12,682 nucleotides of DNA from a bacterium (GCA_043779265.1 JAYWEM010000042.1:1-12682); one strand, 5' to 3'; shown: positions 1 through 6,902, numbered from the stretch's first letter. Notes: a model not told the origin generated them from the letters alone. Translations and numbers: made by a program.

Positions 1-1
1 G

Positions 2-286
2 CGCGTGGCGGGATTTTCCGGTTCGAAGGTGATTGTGGTGGCGCCGCCGCTGATCGTCGCCAGCGAGGATCATTTCATGGGCGAACTTTTCGCCGGGGCA
101 GCGGCGGAATCCGCCAAGCTGGCGGGGTATTACAAGCTGCTCGCCATCGAGTTAAACTGTGGGTTCTTCGATGCGGCGAGTGTGGCGAAGGCTTCACCAA
201 TCGACGGCGTGCATCTCGATGCCGCCAACACCCGCGCCATCGGTGCGGCACTGGTGCCGTTGGTCGCGGGGCTTTTAGTGCCGTAA
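2..286 (+). CDS. SGNH/GDSL hydrolase family protein (arylesterase-like), 3' fragment, 5'-truncated by window edge
   Basis: Frame open from the window edge to TAA at 284-286. Translation has VIVVAPP followed by GFFDAASVAKASPIDGVHLD, the SGNH block V DxxH catalytic motif. It resembles the arylesterase-type genes found upstream of lpdA in Rhizobiales pdh clusters. Confidence 0.88.
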   Translation, partial: RVAGFSGSKVIVVAPPLIVASEDHFMGELFAGAAAESAKLAGYYKLLAIELNCGFFDAASVAKASPIDGVHLDAANTRAIGAALVPLVAGLLVP

Positions 287-296
287 TTTGCCCTTG

Positions 297-310
297 TTTA
301 CCGGCGTCAA
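297..310 (+). promoter_or_regulatory. possible FNR/FixK-type box upstream of the DUF465 gene
   Basis: TTTAC-CGGC-GTCAA is one mismatch from TTGAC-N4-GTCAA and lies 66 nt upstream of the ATG at 377. Sequence match only. Confidence 0.3.
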
Positions 311-376
311 GGAAGCGCAAGGTCAAGGGGCTAGGGTTTTCGTACCCGATGAACGACAGACAGGAGGCTTCGCGCC

Positions 377-613
377 ATGACGCACACCCCGCATGAACTG
401 ATCGCTGAATTTCCCGAGCATGCCTTCAAGATTCATCAACTCAAGACGAAGGAGCCGCATTTCGCCCGGCTCTACAGCGAATACCACGAGGTCAACCGCG
501 CCATTCACCGTGCCGAGACCAACATCGAGCCAACCAGCGACATCCACATGGAAAACCTTCGCAAGCAGCGGCTGAAGCTCAAGGACGAACTCTACGCGCT
601 GCTCTCGGGCTGA
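377..613 (+). CDS. YdcH family / DUF465 small helical protein (78 aa)
   Basis: MTHTPHELIAEFPE...HFARLYSEYHEVNRAIHRAE...LRKQRLKLKDEL matches the DUF465 pattern (EFP, HF..L..EY, L+K.RL.LKDE). RBS CAGGAGG at 361-367. Confidence 0.9.
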   Translation: MTHTPHELIAEFPEHAFKIHQLKTKEPHFARLYSEYHEVNRAIHRAETNIEPTSDIHMENLRKQRLKLKDELYALLSG

Positions 614-637
614 ACATAAACAGGAAAAGGAGGGCGA

Positions 638-2053
638 ATGTCCGCTTACGATATCATCATCATCGGCTCCGGCCCCGGCGGCTACGTCTCGGCCATCCGC
701 GCTGCGCAGCTGGGGCTGCGAACCGCCGTCGTCGAGAAGGACGAACTGGGCGGCACCTGCCTCAATTGGGGCTGCATCCCGACCAAGTCGTGGGTGGTGA
801 CGGCGCACTTGTTCGAGCAGATCAAGCGCGCCAAGGAGTACGGCATCGTGGTCGGCGAGCCCAAGCTGGACTGGGGGCTTCTCGTCGCTCGCAAGAACAA
901 GATCGTGAAGCAGCTGACCGGCGGCGTGAAGACACTGCTCTCGGGTCGCGGCGTCGACATCCATCGCGGCACCGCCAAACTCGCCTCGGCCAACCGAGTC
1001 GTAGTGGCGGGCGCCGACGGTTCATCGAACGAGTTCACGTCCGACCACATCGTGTTGGCGACCGGCGCCGCGGCATGGAATCCGCCCGGCTGGTCGCTCG
1101 ATGGCGAGCGCATCATCTCGTCCAAGGAGGCGCTCGACCTGACGGCGCAGCCCAAGCGGATCGCGATCCTGGGCGGCGGCGTCATCGGCTGCGAGTTCGC
1201 CTGCTTCTTCGCCGCGGTCGGCACCCAGGTGGCGCTGATCGAGATGCTGCCCAAGCTGGTGATGGCCGAGGATGAGGAGATCTCGCAGGCGCTCGAGCGC
1301 GAGATGAAGAAGCAGAAGATCGCGCTCCACCTGGGCACCAAGGTCGAGGACCGGCGCGACAACTCCGATGGCTCGATCACGCTCACGCTGACGGGCGGCA
1401 AGACGCTCGACGTGGACTGCGTGCTGATCGCCACCGGGCGCCGGCCGTTCAGCGAGGGACTCGGGCTCGAGGCCCTCGGCATCTCGCGCGCGGACCGCGG
1501 CAAGATCTCGGTCAATGAGCGGCTGCAGACGTCGGTCCCCAGCATCTATGCGATTGGCGATGTGACCGATATGAAGCAGCTCGCCCACTTCGCGAGCGCC
1601 CAGGGCAAGGCCGCTGCCGAGGTGATCGCCGGCCACTCGCCGCAGACCAACTGGCGCGCGGTCCCCGCGGCCACGTTCACCAGCCCCGAGATCGCCAGCG
1701 TCGGGATGACCGAGGCCGAGGCACGTGCCGAGGGCCGCAAGGTCAAGGTCGGCCGGTTCCCGTTTCGTGCCCATGGCCGCAACATCGCCGATGGGGAGAC
1801 CACCGGGTTCGTGAAGATCGTGGGTGATGCCGACAGCGATCAGATCCTCGGAACCCACATCTTCGGGGCCAAGGCGAGTGAGTTGATCCACGAGGCCTCG
1901 CTCGCGATCGGTGCCGATCTCGACGTGGCGCACCTGTCGCAGGCGATCCACGCGCACCCGACCATGTCCGAGGTGATCGGCGAGGCCGCCGAGGATGCCG
2001 ATGCACTGGCCATCCACCTGCTGCGCCAGGAGGCGAAGCCGGTCGGCAAGTAG
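638..2053 (+). CDS. lpdA: dihydrolipoyl dehydrogenase (E3), 471 aa
   Basis: FAD motif IGSGPGGY, redox disulfide GGTCLNWGCIPTK, NAD motif GGGVIG, second FAD motif TSVPSIYAIGD and C-terminal catalytic HAHPTMSE. RBS AAGGAGGG at 627-634. Confidence 0.96.
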   Translation: MSAYDIIIIGSGPGGYVSAIRAAQLGLRTAVVEKDELGGTCLNWGCIPTKSWVVTAHLFEQIKRAKEYGIVVGEPKLDWGLLVARKNKIVKQLTGGVKTLLSGRGVDIHRGTAKLASANRVVVAGADGSSNEFTSDHIVLATGAAAWNPPGWSLDGERIISSKEALDLTAQPKRIAILGGGVIGCEFACFFAAVGTQVALIEMLPKLVMAEDEEISQALEREMKKQKIALHLGTKVEDRRDNSDGSITLTLTGGKTLDVDCVLIATGRRPFSEGLGLEALGISRADRGKISVNERLQTSVPSIYAIGDVTDMKQLAHFASAQGKAAAEVIAGHSPQTNWRAVPAATFTSPEIASVGMTEAEARAEGRKVKVGRFPFRAHGRNIADGETTGFVKIVGDADSDQILGTHIFGAKASELIHEASLAIGADLDVAHLSQAIHAHPTMSEVIGEAAEDADALAIHLLRQEAKPVGK

Positions 2054-2070
2054 AGCGAACCCAAGCACGA

Positions 2071-2110
2071 CGAAGGCCCGCCCGGGTTCACCTCCCGAGC
2101 GGGCCTTTCG
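2071..2110. terminator. putative bidirectional terminator hairpin between convergent lpdA and the secreted-protein gene
   Basis: CGAAGGCCCGCCCGGG-ttcacct-CCCGAGCGGGCCTTTCG forms a ~15-bp GC-rich stem with one mismatch. An outer pair AAGCACG (2063-2069)/CGTGCTT (2118-2124) is also present. U-tracts are short. Confidence 0.75.
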
Positions 2111-2123
2111 CATGCAGCGTGCT

Positions 2124-4151
2124 TCACTGCACGATCAGCACCCGCCTCGTCTCCACATGCGCTCCACTGCGAAGCCTTGCGAAGAACACGCCCGGGCGCA
2201 CGCCGCGAATGTCCCATGAGAGGCTGTGCACTCCGGCGGCTCGCGTGCCACTTGCCAGCGTCGCCACTCGCTGACCGGCCAAGTCGAACACCTCGAGCGT
2301 CGCCTCTCCCGAGGTCGGCATGCGGAGCGTGAGTCGCACGACGTCGCGAGCGGGGTTGGGGGAGAGCACGAGTCGTCGTGCGCCGGCGGGGATCGCCGGC
2401 TCCTCGACACCGACGGCGCTCGAGACGATCGCGCGCATGCGCACGCGGCTGCACGCGAAGCCCGCCCGCTCGCTGATGACCGGGGCCGGCAGGTGCTGGT
2501 TTGTGTGCAGGTAGCCCACGGCATCGATGCTCTGGAACGTGCGCGGCTCGAACACCGAGCCCGCCGCCTCGAACGCCAGCGATCCGGTGTCGGGATCCCA
2601 CGCGGTCCAGCCCCGTGACTCGGGGTCCGAGATCACGAAGGCGGCGCTGGCAGAGCCCGAGGGCCCGCCGAAGTCCTCGGACAACCACCACTGCCCGGCA
2701 TCGCGCACGGCGAAGCGGACGCGGCCGGAATTGTTCGCGGGAACGCCGCCGGCGCCCTGGTAGTCGAGCACCTCGAGGCGGCTGCCCGGACCGAACTGGA
2801 CCAGCTGAGTGGCCGCACCCGACAGGAAGTCGGCCTTCTTCCAATAGCGGAAGTCCCAGCCATGCGTCCCTGCAGGACCGCTCGAGTGCAGTTGATCGGC
2901 TCCACCGAGGTCCCGGATCCCCGCCTGACGCGGATCGAGGAGGCTGGGGTAGCTGTCGAGTCGCACGCCGCCATAGAAGCGCCAACTGGTGCCGATGCCG
3001 TCGCTGGCCTCGGGGTTCAGCGGCAGCGAGTCGCTGAGCGGCGCCATCCAGCGCGCGCCCGTCTGGCCCCCGACGAGCGTGACGCCCGACTCGGGTGCGG
3101 TACCGAAGCGCCGGACGTCGGCGTCAGCAGAGATGTAACCGCCGCCCCAATCGACGATCGGCGTGCTGTCCGGCGGCACGGCCTCGAACGTGGCGACCTC
3201 GATGATGTCCTGCTCCGGCGTGGCCAGCGCGTGCTCGCGTGCGCCGCCATCGGACCAGCGCCTGAACCGCCACGGCTGGCTGCCGATGCTCTGCGGACTC
3301 GGCGCTCCGATCGTGCGGTGGATGCCGACGACGCTCGTGAACGTGAGCGGTGTCGTGACTGGCGAGCCGTCGAGTGTCAATGCGAGGCCGGACGGGTCGG
3401 TGTCGAGCGTGATGCGCGCGGTGTCCGGCAGTACATCGCGGTAGGTGCGCGTGATCAGTCCCGCAGGATCCACGGCTTGCATCCAGACGCGATACCAGAC
3501 ATCGGTGGCCGTGTGGTTGATCGCGGAGATCGCATAGCTGCCGCCGGCGATTCCCGTCGTCGTGGGCAATGCGGGATGGGTGTGGGTCCCGTGATGGAAG
3601 TCGATCCACCAGGTGAGCGCGGAGGGTGGCAGCAGGCCCGTCTCCGGATCATCAGCGGTTCCGGCGAAGATCAGCGTGGTGCCGCCTTGGTAGTGGGCGC
3701 TCGCCAGTGGATCGATGATCTGGGGCGATGGCGGCAGGTTGTTCAGCACCGTGAGCGTGGCCTCGGTGCTCGTCGCGGTCCCGAGCACGTTGGTGACCCG
3801 GCAGCGGTAGCGAGAGCCGCTATCTCCGAAGACGGCGGCGGGAGTCGTGTAGCTCGCGCCGGTTGCACCGGGAATCGGCGTCAGGTCGCGCTGCCACTCA
3901 TAGGTGAAGGGCGTCTGCCCGCTCGCCCCGACCGTGAACGTCGCGGTCTGCGTGAGCCCGATCGTCGTGCCCTGGGGGTGCTGCACGATTGCCGGGGCAT
4001 CGCCGGTCGCATACGACACACGGATGACCACACCCGTCTCGGTGCCGCTGCCTCCTCCCAGCACGACGTTACCGCGTGCGAGGTAGTACAGGTCGCCGTC
4101 GGGTCCGACCTGCAGGTCGATGGGGCCGAGGGCGAGGCTCGGCCGGAACAC
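2124..4151 (-). CDS. C-terminal portion of the same protein: last propeller blade, Ig-like domains, unknown domain, T9SS type A / FlgD-Ig-like C-terminal domain
   Basis: Ig-like domain at ~3747-3998 (PAIVQHPQ...FTVGASG..PFTYEWQRD...DSGSRYRCRVTN). C-terminus LSPNPARDVVRL...LEVFDLAGQRVATL...WD...PGVFFARL...TRRVLIVQ is typical of secretion-type C-terminal domains. No RBS precedes GTG 4151, so it is probably not an independent gene. Confidence 0.8.
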   Translation of the reverse strand: MFRPSLALGPIDLQVGPDGDLYYLARGNVVLGGGSGTETGVVIRVSYATGDAPAIVQHPQGTTIGLTQTATFTVGASGQTPFTYEWQRDLTPIPGATGASYTTPAAVFGDSGSRYRCRVTNVLGTATSTEATLTVLNNLPPSPQIIDPLASAHYQGGTTLIFAGTADDPETGLLPPSALTWWIDFHHGTHTHPALPTTTGIAGGSYAISAINHTATDVWYRVWMQAVDPAGLITRTYRDVLPDTARITLDTDPSGLALTLDGSPVTTPLTFTSVVGIHRTIGAPSPQSIGSQPWRFRRWSDGGAREHALATPEQDIIEVATFEAVPPDSTPIVDWGGGYISADADVRRFGTAPESGVTLVGGQTGARWMAPLSDSLPLNPEASDGIGTSWRFYGGVRLDSYPSLLDPRQAGIRDLGGADQLHSSGPAGTHGWDFRYWKKADFLSGAATQLVQFGPGSRLEVLDYQGAGGVPANNSGRVRFAVRDAGQWWLSEDFGGPSGSASAAFVISDPESRGWTAWDPDTGSLAFEAAGSVFEPRTFQSIDAVGYLHTNQHLPAPVISERAGFACSRVRMRAIVSSAVGVEEPAIPAGARRLVLSPNPARDVVRLTLRMPTSGEATLEVFDLAGQRVATLASGTRAAGVHSLSWDIRGVRPGVFFARLRSGAHVETRRVLIVQ

Positions 4152-4181
4152 ATTGAAGGTCGCCGGCGCGGCTGGGTTGAC

Positions 4182-5141
4182 TCAGCGGATCGCGGCGGCG
4201 CAGTAGTCGGCGTAGAAGTAGCGGCCCACCCATGCCGCGGGGAACGTCGGCGTCGCCGGGTTGTAGAAGGTTCCGCCGGTGATGGCGCAGCCGTCACTGC
4301 GGCCGTAGTAGTGGATCGGCGGGATGTAGGTCGGAGCGCCGCCAGGTCCCTCGAAGTTCGGCCAACCGTAGTTGCCACCCGCGATTCCGTCGTTGACCTC
4401 CTCGAACGCGGATTGCCCGACGTCGTTGATGAACAACCGGCCGGTGCCCGGCTGGAAGGCGAAGCTGAAGGCGTTGCGGAGCCCGCGAGCCCAGATGGCG
4501 CGATTGATCCCCGTGGTGCTCGCGTAGAACGGGTTGTCCGTTGGAATGGATCCGTCCGGGTGGATGCGCAGCAGTTTGCCGAACGTCGTGGTGAGCGACT
4601 GCGAGTTGCCGGGATTGGCATTGTCCCCGGTGCCGGTGTAGATCATGCCGTCGGGTCCGAATCGCAGGGTGCCGCCGAGGTGGTAATGCGCGACGTTATT
4701 CGCGAGATCGAACACCGTGACCGCGCTCCCGGCGAGCGCGGTGTCGGCGGAGGCCGTGTACCGGACGATCCGATTGTGGCGAGTGGGCGTGAGCGTCGTG
4801 TAGCAGACGTACACGTAGCTATTGCTCGCGAACTGCGGGTGGACCGCCACACCCAGCAACCCCTCCTCGTCGAATGCATAGGCCGGCGCGACGACGAACG
4901 GGCGGGCGAGCAACTGGCCCTCCTTGATCACGCGCAGGGCGCCACCTTGCTCGCACACGAAGATCCGACCGTCGGGGGCGATGGCCATGCTGACCGGACT
5001 GTCGATCGAGTCGGCGACCACCACTTCGTAGAAGCCAGCCTGCGCTTGCTCGGGTTGGGGGTTGCGTTCGGGCCCGGGGGCGGCGGTGGCGGAGGTTGCG
5101 AGCACGCTGGCGAGCAGCAGTACGGCGAGGCCGGGTCGCAT
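4182..5141 (-). CDS. PQQ-dependent sugar dehydrogenase (GSDH family)-like beta-propeller, N-terminal portion (319 aa) with signal peptide
   Basis: ATG at 5141 is preceded by GAGAGGA. Signal peptide MRPGLAVLLLASVLATSATA-AP. Family motifs APDGRIFV, EEGLLGVAVHPQF, HLGGTLRFGPDG, GKLLRIHPDGSIPTDNPF, GLRNAF and GGNYGWP. Confidence 0.88.
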   Translation of the reverse strand: MRPGLAVLLLASVLATSATAAPGPERNPQPEQAQAGFYEVVVADSIDSPVSMAIAPDGRIFVCEQGGALRVIKEGQLLARPFVVAPAYAFDEEGLLGVAVHPQFASNSYVYVCYTTLTPTRHNRIVRYTASADTALAGSAVTVFDLANNVAHYHLGGTLRFGPDGMIYTGTGDNANPGNSQSLTTTFGKLLRIHPDGSIPTDNPFYASTTGINRAIWARGLRNAFSFAFQPGTGRLFINDVGQSAFEEVNDGIAGGNYGWPNFEGPGGAPTYIPPIHYYGRSDGCAITGGTFYNPATPTFPAAWVGRYFYADYCAAAIR

Positions 5142-5257
5142 GGGGTGTCCTCTCGAGGGGGTGCTCTGCGGACAAGGAGTCTGACCCCCGGTGCCGACGG
5201 ATACAAGCAGCGCCGCGCCGAGGCCGGCACGGGCGCGCTGCACTCAGGCGGAGTGCT

Positions 5258-5288
5258 TTGCCCCCCAGCACCTTCGCTCGCGTATCCT
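5258..5288 (+). promoter_or_regulatory. possible sigma70-type promoter giving a leaderless wzi transcript
   Basis: TATCCT (TAnnnT) at 5283-5288 lies 7 nt before ATG 5296 and there is no SD sequence. TTGCCC at 5258-5263 gives a long 19-nt spacing. Confidence 0.35.
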
Positions 5289-5295
5289 GCGCGAC

Positions 5296-6870
5296 ATGCT
5301 CGAGACCCCGCTTCGACCGATCCGCCGTGTCCTCATCGTGATGGTCGCGCTTCTCACCCTCGCCACGTCCTCGCCAGTCCGCGCCGCCTATCATCCGCTC
5401 GAGGAATTGCCGGTCGAGAGCGCGCTCTACGGATTGCTCGATGCGGTCATCACGCAGTACGGCGCCGGGGTCGGATTCCCGCACACGCGGCCGTGGACGA
5501 AGCGAGACATCGGTCGCTTCCTCGACGATGTGCGAGCGAACTCCACCGCTGCGGCGACCGACCCCGCGGTGGTCCGGCTCTCACGCGAACTCGAGCCGGG
5601 CGACGGCTTGGGCGGATGGGAGCCGATGGGTGGCTTCTCGGACGATGCGCGTTCGATCGAGGTGTCGAGCTACGCCCGCGCCGACTACCAGGAGGACCGC
5701 GCGCGAGGCGGAGTGATCCGGGACCTGCGTGCGGGGCTCCAGTTCTCCGCCGCACTCGGCGAGAACGCATTGTTGTGGAGCGATGTCTACGCCGGAACCA
5801 CCTCGGCGGGTCCGCACGGCAATCCAGCCGATAGTCGCCGCTTCGGGTTGCTCGAGGATGTTCAGATCAACAGCTACTACGACCGCGCCACCGCGACCTT
5901 GGACGGCAAGCTCGGGCGCCTGACCCTCGGACACACGTGGCTGCGCTGGGGTCCCGGCGCGTGGGGAACCATGGCGCTCTCGGATGGTGCGCCGGCGCTG
6001 GATGTGGCCGAGATGCGGACCTCGCTCGGGTCGCGGGCGATGCTCACCTGGTTCATCGCCTCGCTGGAAACGCGCGACGAGAGTTTCCTCGCGGGCCATC
6101 GGCTCGAGCTGAGGCCGTCTCGAGCGCTGCAGTTCTCGCTCAGTGAACTCGCTCGATTCGATGGGGTCGCCAATCTTCCGCTTTACGCGCTGCCGCTGGT
6201 TCCGTTCAGCCTGCTCGAGAAGCGGGTCCAGAAGGCGAGTGCGCTGCCGAGTGACTCACTCGAGCGCCTGGGCAAGAACAACGTCATGTGGGCCGCGGAC
6301 TTCTCATGGCGGGCGCGCCCCGGGACACGGTTCTACGGCGAGATCGCGATCGATGACGTGAGCATCAGCTCCGAGCAGCGCCCCAAGCTCGTCGCATGGC
6401 AGCTGGGCGCCCAGATGCGCCGCGTGCGAGGGCCCGCCGCCTGGGAGGCGCGTGGCGAGTACGCCCGCGTCTACGCGCTCACCTATTCGGTCTATCACGG
6501 CCACGACTTCATGCACGCGGGGATGCCCACGGGCTTCCCGCTCGGCCCGGATGTGGATCGCCTCAGTGGTCGCATCTCGTTCAGTCCCGAGCCGGACTGG
6601 ACCTGGGCGATCGAGGGCTCGTTGACGCGCAAGGGCGAGGGGCGTCTGGGCGAGGCCTACACGCCGGGCGACCCCGTGCCGGACAACCTGGTCCTGCAGG
6701 GCATCCTCGACCGCGATCTGCGTGCGGCACTCAGCGTCGACTATTCGCCCTCGCCGGGTGTGCGGCTCGGACTCACCGGCGGCTACGCACGGATCGACGG
6801 GCTCGGACATCAGGCCGGCCTCGAAGCGAGCGGCCTCTACGGTTCGACGCGCGCCACGCTTCGCTGGTGA
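5296..6870 (+). CDS. capsule assembly Wzi family outer-membrane protein (~524 aa)
   Basis: Signal-peptide-like N-terminus (RRVLIVMVALLTLATSSPVRA). N-terminal helical region with RPWT. Motifs LGHTWLRWGPGAWGTMALSDGAP, LAGHRLE, LSE, NNVMWAADF, YGEIAIDD, EYARV...Y and GFPLGPD. Ends in aromatic Trp (TLRW), as expected for a beta-barrel. The start is chosen at ATG 5296 rather than the ORF-track start at 5191. Confidence 0.8.
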   Translation: MLETPLRPIRRVLIVMVALLTLATSSPVRAAYHPLEELPVESALYGLLDAVITQYGAGVGFPHTRPWTKRDIGRFLDDVRANSTAAATDPAVVRLSRELEPGDGLGGWEPMGGFSDDARSIEVSSYARADYQEDRARGGVIRDLRAGLQFSAALGENALLWSDVYAGTTSAGPHGNPADSRRFGLLEDVQINSYYDRATATLDGKLGRLTLGHTWLRWGPGAWGTMALSDGAPALDVAEMRTSLGSRAMLTWFIASLETRDESFLAGHRLELRPSRALQFSLSELARFDGVANLPLYALPLVPFSLLEKRVQKASALPSDSLERLGKNNVMWAADFSWRARPGTRFYGEIAIDDVSISSEQRPKLVAWQLGAQMRRVRGPAAWEARGEYARVYALTYSVYHGHDFMHAGMPTGFPLGPDVDRLSGRISFSPEPDWTWAIEGSLTRKGEGRLGEAYTPGDPVPDNLVLQGILDRDLRAALSVDYSPSPGVRLGLTGGYARIDGLGHQAGLEASGLYGSTRATLRW

Positions 6871-6871
6871 C

Positions 6872-6902
6872 CGTCGAGCGTGTCTCTCCTGACGGCTCGA
6901 CG
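6872..6902. terminator. hairpin between convergent stop codons (possible terminator / 3' stabiliser)
   Basis: CGTCGAGC (6872-6879) pairs with GCTCGACG (6895-6902), filling nearly all of the 33-bp gap. No U-tract on either strand. Confidence 0.45.

Larger units (their letters stand above)
2124..5141 (-). pseudogene. secreted GSDH-like beta-propeller + Ig-like + unknown domain + T9SS/FlgD-Ig C-terminal domain protein, one continuous frame (1005 codons) interrupted by an in-frame TGA at codon 320
   Basis: The ORFs 4182..5243 and 2124..4151 share a frame. The minus strand reads ...TGC GCC GCC GCG ATC CGC TGA GTC AAC CCA GCC GCG CCG GCG ACC TTC AAT GTG TTC..., and the propeller continues across the stop (YFYADYCAAAIR*VNPAAPATFNVFRPSLALGPIDLQVGPDGDLYYL). 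Pseudogene, sequence error and read-through cannot be distinguished from this sequence. Confidence 0.8.

Noticed and set aside
323..2113. Minus-strand ORFs (213, 287 and 363 aa) over DUF465 and lpdA
   Set aside because: Antisense shadows of clearly identified genes.
4152..4184. Frameshift or two separate genes as explanation for the split GSDH-like gene
   Set aside because: The two ORFs are in the same frame, separated by exactly 10 sense codons after the TGA, and the propeller motif continues across it.
4182..4184. Alternative genetic code (UGA=Trp or Gly)
   Set aside because: TGA ends most other genes in the window at their expected C-termini, and Trp is otherwise encoded by TGG.
5225..5241. 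Sigma-54 promoter (CGGCAC...TGC)
   Set aside because: The GG-to-GC spacing does not fit the strict -24/-12 geometry.
5237..5259. Canonical CIRCE/HrcA operator
   Set aside because: The spacer is 5 nt rather than 9, the outer TTA/TAA bases do not match, and the neighbours are not chaperone genes. Kept only as a generic palindrome.
2862..5834. 990-aa + strand ORF
   Set aside because: Antisense shadow of the GSDH-like gene, running out of frame into wzi. It is Arg/Gly/Ala-rich with no motifs, as expected in high-GC coding DNA.
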